A stretch of 64,000 nt of DNA, from contig CAILQW010000005.1 in the NCBI GenBank assembly GCA_903836515.1, positions 3,280-67,279 of the forward strand, read 5' to 3'. The position numbers and the translations under genes are program-made. This stretch comes from Candidatus Omnitrophota bacterium. GTDB lineage: Bacteria > Omnitrophota > Gorgyraeia > Zapsychrales > Fredricksoniimonadaceae. The notes beneath the pieces were generated by a model. That model made no database searches. It was given only the letters and a program-made list of their open reading frames with translations, and was not told where the DNA came from. Shown in pieces: positions 1 through 8,939 of the stretch. Each line of letters starts with the position of its first letter. Position 1 is the first letter of the stretch.

Positions 1-2
1 TT

Positions 3-803
3 GTGGATAACGGCCTTTTGCGCAAGAACGAGGTGGCTTCGGTCCAAAAGACGTTTAAAGGGTATTACAAGATCAATCTTACGGTGGTGGATGCCCAGAA
101 ACGGTTCCTGGATGAGCTTAAGGGCATATCCGATCCCGAGGAGAAACGCAAGATCATTGGCCGCGTGTTTGTGGAAGTTTTCCAGGAAGCCGCCAAGAAA
201 ATGAAGGGGGTCGAATTCCTCGGCCAGGGCACGCTTTATCCGGACGTGATCGAATCCGTGTCACCGACCGGAGGCCCGTCTGCTGTTATTAAAAGTCATC
301 ATAATGTGGGAGGCCTTCCCAAGAGCCTTCAGCTGAAGCTCCTTGAACCTTTCCGCGACCTTTTCAAGGATGAGGTCCGTGTCATCGGCAAACACCTGGG
401 CGTTCCGGATTCCATCCTCAAGCGTCAGCCTTTTCCGGGCCCGGGCCTGGCGATCCGTATCCTCGGCGATGTGACCGAGGAACGCCTGAGCATCCTGCGC
501 GAGGCCGACGAGCGTGTGCTTGAAGAAATGAAGCGCGCCGGTCTTTATAACGAGGTGTGGCAGTCTTTTGCCGTGCTCCTGCCGGTCAAGACCGTGGGGG
601 TCATGGGGGACCAGCGTACCTATGAAAACGTCATTGCGTTACGATGCGTCAATAGTGTTGATGGTATGACGGCAGACTGGGTCCACCTGCCCTATGAGCT
701 CATGGGCAAGATTTCCAGCCGCATCATCAATGAAGTGCGCGGCGTTAACCGTGTGGTTTACGATATCAGTTCCAAGCCCCCGGCGACCATTGAATGGGAA
801 TGA
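3..803 (+). CDS. guaA: GMP synthase (glutamine-hydrolysing), C-terminal part; 5' end lies upstream of the window
   Basis: ORF is open at the window start. The translation carries the GMP synthase C-terminal dimerisation domain and ends in the family-typical ...PATIEWE. Confidence 0.85.
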   Translation: MDNGLLRKNEVASVQKTFKGYYKINLTVVDAQKRFLDELKGISDPEEKRKIIGRVFVEVFQEAAKKMKGVEFLGQGTLYPDVIESVSPTGGPSAVIKSHHNVGGLPKSLQLKLLEPFRDLFKDEVRVIGKHLGVPDSILKRQPFPGPGLAIRILGDVTEERLSILREADERVLEEMKRAGLYNEVWQSFAVLLPVKTVGVMGDQRTYENVIALRCVNSVDGMTADWVHLPYELMGKISSRIINEVRGVNRVVYDISSKPPATIEWE

Positions 804-810
804 CCTCCTC

Positions 811-845
811 AACCCCGGAGGTTGCTTCAATCAACCTCCGGGGTT
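811..845. terminator. Perfect 14-bp inverted repeat (aaccccggaggttg / caacctccggggtt) with a 7-nt loop between guaA stop and dnaE start
   Basis: Read directly: 811-824 is the exact reverse complement of 832-845. No downstream T-tract, so Rho-independent termination is uncertain; it may be an attenuator or RNA-stability hairpin. Confidence 0.35.
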
Positions 846-859
846 GATGCGGTATTGTC

Positions 860-3800
860 ATGACCACACCGTTCGTCCATCTCCACGTCCATACCCAATA
901 CAGCCTTCTTGACGGTGCTTGCCGGCTGAAGGATCTTGTCCAGAAAGCCAAGGCCTTTGGCATGTCGGCGGTGGCCATGACCGACCATGGCAACATGTTC
1001 GGCGCGCTTGAATTCTACGAGGAAGCCAAAAATGCTGGCCTCAAGCCTATCATTGGTTGCGAAGTGTATGTCGCCCCGGGTTCCAGGCTTGAACGTGCGG
1101 GAGACCAGCGCAGTACGTCGCATCTGGTGCTTCTGGCCAAGGATATTGCAGGTTATTCCAATTTGATGAAGCTTGTTTCCACGGCTTATACTGACGGATT
1201 CTACTACAAGCCGCGCATTGATAAGGACCTTTTAGCCGCGCACGCGCAAGGATTGATCGGGCTTTCGGCCTGTTTGAAGGGCGAGGTCGCCTCAAGGCTG
1301 TGCGCCGGGCGTTACGATGAGGCGTGCCGTGCCGCGGACCAGTACCGGCAGATATTTGCTCCGGGTGATTTTTACCTGGAGGTCATGGAACACGGCCTGG
1401 CAGAGCAGCGATCTGTGAACGAAGGGTTGTTGAAGATGTCGCGCGAGATGTCTCTGCCGTTGGTGGCCACAAATGACGTTCATTACGTCGAATACGCGCA
1501 TTATGAAGCGCACGAGGCGCTTTTGTGCATCCAGACACAGACGGCCCTTTCGGATCCCAAGCGCATGCGCATGAATTCTGACCAGTTCTATTTCAAGAGC
1601 GGGGATGAGATGGCATCGCTGTTTGCGTGGGCGCCCGAAGCGTTAGCCAACACATCGGCGATCGCCGAAAAATGCAATGTCAAACTGGAGTTTGGCAAAT
1701 ACCATGTGCCAGATTATGCCTGTCCGGAGGGCGAGACCAAAGAAACCTACCTTCGCCGTCTTTGCCTCGATGGCGCTGTGGAGCGTTACGGCAATCCGGT
1801 GCCCGCGGCTGTCATCGAGAAACTTGACTTTGAACTCAAGGTCATTTCCGATCTGGGGTTTGTCGGGTATTTTCTGATCGTCTGGGATTTTGTGCATTAT
1901 GCCCAGAGCAGCGGTATTCCTGTCGGCCCTGGCCGCGGGTCAGCGGCTGGAAGTCTGGCCAGTTATCTTTTGGGCATCACGGACCTTGACCCTATCCGTT
2001 ACTGCCTCTTTTTCGAACGTTTCCTGAATCCCAGCCGTAAAAGCATGCCGGATATTGACATTGATTTCTGCTTCGAACGCCGGGGTGAAGTGGTGGATTA
2101 TGTGACACGTAAATACGGCCGCGCCAATGTCGCCCAGATCATCACCTTTGGCACCATGCAGGCCAAGGCCGTGGTGCGTGATGTGGGGCGTGCCCTTGGC
2201 TTGCCGTATGCTGATGTTGACCGCATTGCCAAGCTTATTCCCGACCGCGTGATGGATGAGAATGGCGAACCCATGCATGTGACCGTTGACCTGGCCATCG
2301 AGACGGAGCCCCAGCTGAAGGAAGTGATCGCTTCCGATGATTCCGCGCGTCGCCTGATGGAGATCGCGCGGGTCCTGGAGGGTTTAAGCCGCCACGCCTC
2401 GGTGCATGCCGCGGGGGTTGTTATTGCCGACAGGGCCCTGACGGATTATGTCCCTCTTTACAAGGTCGATGACCAGGTCACTACCGCGTATACCATGAAG
2501 GGTGTGGAGAAGATCGGCCTTCTGAAGATGGATTTTCTGGGCCTCAAGACCCTGACCCTCATCCAGGACGCCCAGCGCATCATTCGGGAAACCCGCGGAA
2601 TTGACCTGGACATGCGCAAAATTCCTCTCGACGACAAAAAAACTTACGATCTCCTGGGGCAGGGGGATAGTGCCGGCGTGTTTCAGGTGGAAAGCGACGG
2701 GATGCGCAACCTCCTCATCCGCAGCCAGCCCTCGGAGTTCGAGGACATCATCGCCTTGCTCGCCCTTTACCGTCCGGGTCCCCTGGGCAGCGGCATGGTG
2801 GATGATTTCATCAAGCGCAAGCGCGGGGAAGCGCCGGTCCAGTATCCTCATCCTAAGCTTGAGAAGGTCCTCAAGAACAGTTATGGTGTGGCCATTTATC
2901 AGGAACAGGTCATGCAGATGGCCTCCGAGCTGGCCGGATTTTCCATGGCGGACGCGGATAATTTACGTCGGGCCATGTCGAAGAAGAAGGCTTCCGAGAT
3001 GGCCAAGATGCGCGCGTTCTTCATTGACGGCTGTCTTAAGGTCAGCCAGATCCCGCCGGAGGAAGCGGATCGTCTGTTCGACCTTATCGACAAATTTGCC
3101 GGTTACGGGTTCAACCGTTCCCATTCCGCGGCGTATGCGGTGATCACCTACAGGACCGCGTTCCTCAAGGCGAATTACCCTGTCGAGTTCATGTGCGCGT
3201 TGTTGACCAACGAAAAAGAAAATCTGGACAAGATCGTGGGGTATGTCAAGGCGGCCGAGGCCATGAGCCTGAAGATTCTGCCGCCGGATGTGAACGAGAG
3301 CCGCGCGCTTTTTAGTGTGGTGGCCAAGGACAGCATCCGTTATGGTCTTCTGGGCATCAAGAACGTCGGTGCCGCGGCCATTGAAGCCATTGTGGCCGAA
3401 CGCCTCAGGGGCGGGGCATTCAAATCCGTTTTCGATTTCTGCCGGCGGGTCGAACTGCGTGCCTGCAACCGCAAGGTCATTGAATCACTCATCAAATGCG
3501 GCGCTTTTGACACCCTGGGGGCCAGGCGTTCGCAGATGATGGCTGTGCTCGACCAGGCTCTTAACGCCGGCACGAGCCGCCAGAAAGACGTTCAGTCCGG
3601 TCAGTTGTCGCTTTTTTCCATCGGCGCCACGTCCGGAGGCTTTACTGCCGAGCCGGACATTTTCCCGCAGATGAAGGAATGGCCCCAGCCCCAGGTGCTG
3701 GCGTTTGAAAAGGAACTCCTGGGGTATTACTTGAGCGGCCATCCCCTGGACCGTTATGTGGTAGAGATCCAGACGTTCACCAATGCCACATCGTCGAAAT

Positions 3801-4336
3801 TGAGCGGCTTGCCGGAGAATCAGTCGATAGCCATCATTGCCATGGTCGCCGCCGTGAGGCATACGGTGACCAAAAGCCGCGGCGAGCGCATGGCCATCCT
3901 GACGCTCGAAGACCTTGAAGGTACGGCTGAAGCGGTCGCGTTCCCGGAAGTCTTCAAGACGGTCAATACCCACATCAAGGAAAGCGCTGTCATCGTGGTT
4001 AAAGGGAAGATGGTGTCGCGCAAGGGCAAGGACGGCAAGCCCGGGGGTCCGCGCAATATCATCATTGATGAACTGCGCGACATCAACGAGATCTATCAGC
4101 TGGTCAAGCTGATCCGCATTGATACGACGGGTATCGGCCCGGACAAGCTGCCCCTGATCCGAAAGAAGCTGGAACGTTTCCCGGGCCACGTCCCGGTGCA
4201 TTTGCAGATCGATACGCGCAATCACAAGAGTGTGGAGATCAAAGTCGGGCGGGAACTCTATGTGACGCCGAGCGAAGTGCTTATGGACGAGATCAAGTCC
4301 GTCGTGGGTGAAAATGGCTTTCGCGTCGTGCTTTGA
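860..4336 (+). CDS. dnaE: DNA polymerase III alpha subunit
   Basis: 1158 aa. N-terminal PHP domain (HLHVHTQYSLLDGA...MTDHGNMFGA), polymerase core and OB-fold tail typical of DnaE. Confidence 0.95.
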   Translation: MTTPFVHLHVHTQYSLLDGACRLKDLVQKAKAFGMSAVAMTDHGNMFGALEFYEEAKNAGLKPIIGCEVYVAPGSRLERAGDQRSTSHLVLLAKDIAGYSNLMKLVSTAYTDGFYYKPRIDKDLLAAHAQGLIGLSACLKGEVASRLCAGRYDEACRAADQYRQIFAPGDFYLEVMEHGLAEQRSVNEGLLKMSREMSLPLVATNDVHYVEYAHYEAHEALLCIQTQTALSDPKRMRMNSDQFYFKSGDEMASLFAWAPEALANTSAIAEKCNVKLEFGKYHVPDYACPEGETKETYLRRLCLDGAVERYGNPVPAAVIEKLDFELKVISDLGFVGYFLIVWDFVHYAQSSGIPVGPGRGSAAGSLASYLLGITDLDPIRYCLFFERFLNPSRKSMPDIDIDFCFERRGEVVDYVTRKYGRANVAQIITFGTMQAKAVVRDVGRALGLPYADVDRIAKLIPDRVMDENGEPMHVTVDLAIETEPQLKEVIASDDSARRLMEIARVLEGLSRHASVHAAGVVIADRALTDYVPLYKVDDQVTTAYTMKGVEKIGLLKMDFLGLKTLTLIQDAQRIIRETRGIDLDMRKIPLDDKKTYDLLGQGDSAGVFQVESDGMRNLLIRSQPSEFEDIIALLALYRPGPLGSGMVDDFIKRKRGEAPVQYPHPKLEKVLKNSYGVAIYQEQVMQMASELAGFSMADADNLRRAMSKKKASEMAKMRAFFIDGCLKVSQIPPEEADRLFDLIDKFAGYGFNRSHSAAYAVITYRTAFLKANYPVEFMCALLTNEKENLDKIVGYVKAAEAMSLKILPPDVNESRALFSVVAKDSIRYGLLGIKNVGAAAIEAIVAERLRGGAFKSVFDFCRRVELRACNRKVIESLIKCGAFDTLGARRSQMMAVLDQALNAGTSRQKDVQSGQLSLFSIGATSGGFTAEPDIFPQMKEWPQPQVLAFEKELLGYYLSGHPLDRYVVEIQTFTNATSSKLSGLPENQSIAIIAMVAAVRHTVTKSRGERMAILTLEDLEGTAEAVAFPEVFKTVNTHIKESAVIVVKGKMVSRKGKDGKPGGPRNIIIDELRDINEIYQLVKLIRIDTTGIGPDKLPLIRKKLERFPGHVPVHLQIDTRNHKSVEIKVGRELYVTPSEVLMDEIKSVVGENGFRVVL

Positions 4337-4364
4337 GGGGGATGCGAGGGGCCCCATGCGGATG

Positions 4365-4393
4365 AAAACTATCCTTGACACCATAAATCCTTG
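4365..4393 (+). promoter_or_regulatory. Sigma70-like promoter: TTGACA, 17-nt spacer, TACGAT, upstream of the HU gene
   Basis: ttgaca (4365-4370), 17-nt spacer, tacgat (4388-4393), then an AGGAGG RBS at about 4415 and ATG at 4433. Confidence 0.4.
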
Positions 4394-4432
4394 TTGATAC
4401 GATAGTTACAAAATTTCAGGAGGCTTGCCAGT

Positions 4433-4705
4433 ATGACTAAAAAGGATATCGTTCTCAAGATCACCGACATGACCGGCATCAAACAGGTCGATGTCAAAAA
4501 GATCGTCCAGAAAACATTTGATGTGATCGTCGACAGCCTCAATCGCAACGAGAAGGTGGAGTTGCGCAATTTCGGCGTGTTCAAGATCAAGGAACGCAGG
4601 GCCCGTTTCGGGCGCAATCCGCGTACCGGTGACAGCGTGCCCGTGCCGCCCCGTCGAGTGGTCGTGTTCAAACCCGGTCTTGAGATGAAACAGAAGATCA
4701 AATAA
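4433..4705 (+). CDS. HU/IHF family nucleoid DNA-binding protein
   Basis: 90 aa with a beta-arm motif (RNFGVFKIKERRARFGRNPRTGDSVPVPPRRVVVFKPG) typical of the bacterial HU/IHF fold. Confidence 0.85.
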   Translation: MTKKDIVLKITDMTGIKQVDVKKIVQKTFDVIVDSLNRNEKVELRNFGVFKIKERRARFGRNPRTGDSVPVPPRRVVVFKPGLEMKQKIK

Positions 4706-4706
4706 C

Positions 4707-6005
4707 GTGAAAATATCATCTCCCCGCGGCACCAGCGATATCCTGCCTGACCAGATCGCCGCATGGCAAAGCCTTGAAACAACCGCCCGGACGCTTTTTC
4801 GGACCTATGGTTACAGCGAATTGCGGACACCTGTCTTTGAGGAGACCGGCTTGTTCAAGCGTTCGCTGGGCGAGACGACCGAGGTGGTTAACAAGCAGCT
4901 CCTGGAAGTCAAAAGCCAGCGGGCAGATGCGCAGGATGCGGGTTTTTGCCTGCGCCCTGAAGGCACGGCACCGGTGGTGCGTGCTTATAACCAGCACGGC
5001 TTGGGCCGTGAAGAATTTCTGTCCAAACTTTTTTACGTGGGACCCATGTTCCGCGGCGAACGTCCCCAGAAGGGGCGCTTGCGCCAGTTCCACCAGATCG
5101 GTGCGGAAGCCATTGGACGCGGGGCGGACCATCCGCTGTTGGACGCCGAGATCATGGCCCTGGCGGTCAATATCCTTAAATCGGCGGGTGTCAGCGATTT
5201 TAAGCTCAAGATCAACAGCCTGGGCAGTGCTGAGGACAAACAAAATTTTGCGCAATGGCTTCGGGATGAACTCAAGGACAAGATCGGTCATTTGAGCGAT
5301 ACCTGCAAGGACCAGTATGAACGCAACGTGTTCCGTCTCCTGGATTCCAAGGATGCGGCGTGCCGTGAGGTGATCAACGGACTGGATATCGGCACCCGGC
5401 ATTTGTCGGCCAGCGGTGCGGCCTATTTTCAACGCGTCCGTGAAGGGCTGGACCGGCTTGGTATCGCTTATGAAGTTTCTGCGCAACTCGTGCGCGGGCT
5501 GGATTATTATACGCATACGGTTTTTGAGATATCCTGTGCCGGGCTTGGTGCTCAGGACGCGCTGGGGGCCGGCGGCCGCTATAACGGGCTTATCGAACAG
5601 CTTGATGGCGGGGATCGCCGTTTTCCTCAAACCATCGGGGCGATCGGGTTCGCGTTGGGGATGGAGCGCATCTTGCTGGCGCTTGAAGCCCAGGGCAGGG
5701 CTGTCCAGACCAAACGTTCGCTGGATGTGTTCGTTGTGTGCGGCAAGGCAGTGTTGGAGCGGGAAACATTTGCGCTGGTGGACAGTTTTCGCCGTGAGGG
5801 CATTGCCGCAGATATGGATTTCGGTGGCGAGCGGCCCGTCAAGAAGCAGTTTGAACAGGCTGACAGGCTGGGTGCGCGTTTTACGGTGATTTTGGGTGAA
5901 GATGACGCAGGTGCGGCGAGCTTGAGCGTCAAGGATATGGCTACGGGAATCCAGCGTCCGTTATCGCCGGAAAATATGGCAGGACAAATCAAAAATATGT
6001 TGTGA
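4707..6005 (+). CDS. hisS: Histidine--tRNA ligase
   Basis: 432 aa, GTG start. Class II aaRS motifs and HisRS-like N-terminus (GTSDILPDQ...YGYSELRTPVFEET) with a C-terminal anticodon-binding domain. Confidence 0.9.
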   Translation: MKISSPRGTSDILPDQIAAWQSLETTARTLFRTYGYSELRTPVFEETGLFKRSLGETTEVVNKQLLEVKSQRADAQDAGFCLRPEGTAPVVRAYNQHGLGREEFLSKLFYVGPMFRGERPQKGRLRQFHQIGAEAIGRGADHPLLDAEIMALAVNILKSAGVSDFKLKINSLGSAEDKQNFAQWLRDELKDKIGHLSDTCKDQYERNVFRLLDSKDAACREVINGLDIGTRHLSASGAAYFQRVREGLDRLGIAYEVSAQLVRGLDYYTHTVFEISCAGLGAQDALGAGGRYNGLIEQLDGGDRRFPQTIGAIGFALGMERILLALEAQGRAVQTKRSLDVFVVCGKAVLERETFALVDSFRREGIAADMDFGGERPVKKQFEQADRLGARFTVILGEDDAGAASLSVKDMATGIQRPLSPENMAGQIKNML

Positions 6006-6051
6006 GGGACGCCCGGAGGGCAGTCCCTGCGGCTTACGAAAGGCAGTAACC

Positions 6052-7449
6052 ATGCTTCGGACTCATACTTGCGGAGAATTAAGGCCAACCCATAAAGACC
6101 AGGATGTGGTCCTGACCGGATGGGTTCATTGCCGCCGCGACCACGGTAAACTGATCTTCATCGATATCCGCGACCGCTACGGCATCACGCAGGTTGTGTT
6201 CGTTCCCTCGGTGGCCAAGGAGGCCCATCAGCATGCGCAAAAACTCGGGCCCGAGTTTGTGGTCCGCATCCGCGGTTCCGTGAGTGTCCGCCCGGACAAG
6301 AACGTCAATCCCGATATGCTCACCGGCGGGGTCGAACTCCTGGCCAAGGAACTGGAGATCTTGAACGAAAGCAAGGTGCCGGTGTTCGAGATCTCGGGGG
6401 ATGCCAATGTTACCGAAGAGATCCGCCTGACGTACCGTTACCTTGATATCCGGCGCGATAAAATGCGCGAGTCTTTGTTGATCCGCCACAAACTGGCCGC
6501 CACGGTCAGGGCGTTTTTAAACAGCGAGAATTTCATCGAGGTCGAAACCCCGATCCTCACCAAGTCCACGCCCGAAGGCGCACGTGACTTTTTGGTGCCT
6601 TCCCGGCTCAACTTCGGCCAGTTTTATGCCCTGCCCCAGTCACCCCAGCTTTTCAAACAGCTGCTCATGGTGTCGGGCATGGACCGTTATTATCAGATCG
6701 TCAAATGCTTCCGCGATGAAGACTTGCGCGCGGACCGGCAGCCGGAGTTCACCCAGATCGATATGGAGATGTCTTTCGTCGATGAAGAGGATGTGTTCAG
6801 TATCACCGAGCGCATGTTCCAGAAGGTCCTCAAGGAGGTCAAGGGCATCGATCTTCCCATCCCGTTCCCGCGCATGACCCATGCACAGGCGATGGCGCGT
6901 TACGGCTGTGACAAGCCCGATATCCGCAAGGACAAGACGGACAAAAACGAGTTCGCGTTCCTGTGGGTCGTCGATTTTCCGTTGTTCAAACGGAATACCG
7001 CCGAGAACCGCTGGGAGAGCGAGCATCATCCCTTCACCTCGGTGCATCCGGATGACGTAGCCCTTCTGGACGGTGAGGATCTGTCAAAGATCCGCTCACG
7101 TTCTTATGATCTGGTCTTGAACGGCAGCGAGATCGGCTCGGGGTCTGTCCGCATCCATCGCCGCGATATCCAGAAAAGGATTTTTGACATCATCGGCCTG
7201 GGCGAGGAGGAGATCGCGTCCCGGTTTGGTTTTCTGTTGCGCGCCTTCGAATACGGCGCGCCGCCCCATGCCGGTGTGGCGTACGGCCTTGACCGTCTGG
7301 TGGCGCTGCTGACAGGGCTTGATTCGATCCGCGATACCATCGCGTTCCCCAAAACCCAGCGCGGCTCATGTCCTCTGGCGGATGCGCCCTCAACGGTGGA
7401 TGCCGGCCAGCTGCAGGACCTGGGCCTTGTGGTATTGAAGAAGAAATGA
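6052..7449 (+). CDS. aspS: Aspartate--tRNA ligase, short archaeal/eukaryotic type (no GAD insertion)
   Basis: 465 aa. N-terminal OB anticodon-binding domain and class II motifs (FRDEDLRADRQPEFTQIDMEMSF; GSGSVRIHRRD). About 125 aa shorter than bacterial-type AspRS. Confidence 0.9.
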   Translation: MLRTHTCGELRPTHKDQDVVLTGWVHCRRDHGKLIFIDIRDRYGITQVVFVPSVAKEAHQHAQKLGPEFVVRIRGSVSVRPDKNVNPDMLTGGVELLAKELEILNESKVPVFEISGDANVTEEIRLTYRYLDIRRDKMRESLLIRHKLAATVRAFLNSENFIEVETPILTKSTPEGARDFLVPSRLNFGQFYALPQSPQLFKQLLMVSGMDRYYQIVKCFRDEDLRADRQPEFTQIDMEMSFVDEEDVFSITERMFQKVLKEVKGIDLPIPFPRMTHAQAMARYGCDKPDIRKDKTDKNEFAFLWVVDFPLFKRNTAENRWESEHHPFTSVHPDDVALLDGEDLSKIRSRSYDLVLNGSEIGSGSVRIHRRDIQKRIFDIIGLGEEEIASRFGFLLRAFEYGAPPHAGVAYGLDRLVALLTGLDSIRDTIAFPKTQRGSCPLADAPSTVDAGQLQDLGLVVLKKK

Positions 7450-7460
7450 AGGAGGCGTTT

Positions 7461-7976
7461 ATGGGCAGAAGGATATTGACAGGGGTTGCGGCGTGCCTGG
7501 CGGTTGTGGGCATGTCGGGTTGTTTCAGCCTTCGTTCTTACGTGATCAACAAAGAGCGTGTGGATCAGGATATCCCCGGTGAAACCGTCGCGGGAGCGCC
7601 TGTGAAGACGCGCAAGGTGTTTGTGGTCGAGGTTGTCGAGAAAGACAAGGCCGCTTCCGCCCCGTCGGTGTCAACCGTGACGCCGCCGCCTGCCCCCGCA
7701 CCGGAGACGGGGAGGGAAGAAAATTTCACCCCGCCGGTGGCCCCTGCGCCCCTTAATGAAGAGGTTTCTCACGCGGCCAGCCCGGCTTCCTCCTATGTGG
7801 TCGAGAAGGATGATACCTTGCAAAAGATCGCCAAGAAAATCTACGGTTCTTACGGTAAATGGACCCGCATCTACGATGCCAACCGTGCCGTCATCAAGGA
7901 CCCGAATTTTCTGAAACCGGGCGTCACCCTGATCATTCCGGCCGATACGTCTGTGCCTTCCAACGTTAATCCTTAA
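7461..7976 (+). CDS. Lipoprotein with C-terminal LysM peptidoglycan-binding domain
   Basis: AAGGAGG RBS precedes the ATG at 7461. Signal plus lipobox (LAVVGMSGC), a Pro/Ala-rich linker, and a LysM motif (YVVEKDDTLQKIAKKIYGSYGKWTRIYDANR...GVTLIIP). The longer ORF-track start at 7368 overlaps aspS. Confidence 0.7.
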   Translation: MGRRILTGVAACLAVVGMSGCFSLRSYVINKERVDQDIPGETVAGAPVKTRKVFVVEVVEKDKAASAPSVSTVTPPPAPAPETGREENFTPPVAPAPLNEEVSHAASPASSYVVEKDDTLQKIAKKIYGSYGKWTRIYDANRAVIKDPNFLKPGVTLIIPADTSVPSNVNP

Positions 7977-7991
7977 GGGGAATACAAGGCG

Positions 7992-8939
7992 ATGATCCTC
8001 AACCTCAAGTTTGACGATAACAGGGACATCCAGCTTCTTTTTGGCAAGTACGATGACAACCTGAAGACCATTGAGAAGGAATTCAGTGTCCGTATTTACC
8101 GTACGCAGGAGGGTTTGCGTGTGGACGGGGCTGACGAGAAGATCAACCAGGTCGGCGAACTGTTCAACTATTTACTGGGGATCGTCAAGAGCGGTCGCGC
8201 GGTCAAGAAACGCGATATCCAGTATGCCAACCGTGTCGCCCAGCAGGAGAACGAAGAGGGGCTCAAGCGCCTTTCCCGGGAAAAGATCGAACTCCCGGTC
8301 AAGGGCGGTCTTGTTACGCCCAAGACCAAGGGGCAGATCGAGTACGTCGAAGCCATCAAGAAATTTGACATTGTTTTTGGGATCGGCCCCGCGGGCACTG
8401 GAAAAACCTACCTGGCCATGGCCATGGCGGTCAATGCGTTGAAGAAAGGGCTGGTGCGCCGCATCATCCTGACACGTCCTGCTGTCGAGGCGGGTGAAAA
8501 CCTCGGCTTTCTTCCCGGCGAGCTCGAGCAGAAGGTCATGCCGTACCTGCGTCCGCTTTATGACGCGCTTTACGAAATGCTCGAGCCCGACAAGGTCGAA
8601 CAGTATTCCGAGCAGGGCATCATTGAGGTGGCGCCGCTGGCGTATATGCGCGGGCGCACGTTCAACGAGGCGTTTGTCATCCTCGACGAGGCGCAGAACT
8701 CGACACCCGAGCAGATGAAGATGTTCCTGACCCGCCTGGGGTTCGATTCCAAGACGATCATCACGGGTGATGTGACCCAGAGCGACCTTCCGGAAGGACA
8801 GCCTATCGGTCTCATTGAAGCGGAGAAGGTCCTGCGCGGGGTGGAGGAGATCAAGTTTGTGCACCTGACCGCCGAAGATACCGTCCGCCATGAGCTCGTG
8901 CAGAAGATCATCGAGGCGTATGATAGATACCATAAATAG
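7992..8939 (+). CDS. ybeZ: PhoH-like ATPase (YbeZ family)
   Basis: Walker A (GPAGTGKTY) and PhoH signature (ILTRPAVEAGENLGFLPG). Sits in the conserved position upstream of ybeY. Confidence 0.9.
   Translation: MILNLKFDDNRDIQLLFGKYDDNLKTIEKEFSVRIYRTQEGLRVDGADEKINQVGELFNYLLGIVKSGRAVKKRDIQYANRVAQQENEEGLKRLSREKIELPVKGGLVTPKTKGQIEYVEAIKKFDIVFGIGPAGTGKTYLAMAMAVNALKKGLVRRIILTRPAVEAGENLGFLPGELEQKVMPYLRPLYDALYEMLEPDKVEQYSEQGIIEVAPLAYMRGRTFNEAFVILDEAQNSTPEQMKMFLTRLGFDSKTIITGDVTQSDLPEGQPIGLIEAEKVLRGVEEIKFVHLTAEDTVRHELVQKIIEAYDRYHK

Noticed and set aside
3485-5630. Minus-strand ORFs 3485-4384 (299 aa) and 4716-5630 (304 aa)
   Set aside because: They lie antisense within dnaE and hisS, which have unambiguous conserved motifs. 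No independent support.
7368-7460. Upstream extension of the LysM lipoprotein ORF into aspS
   Set aside because: The extension overlaps the aspS 3' end. An AAGGAGG RBS followed by ATG at 7461 gives a canonical lipoprotein signal peptide, so the shorter gene is preferred.
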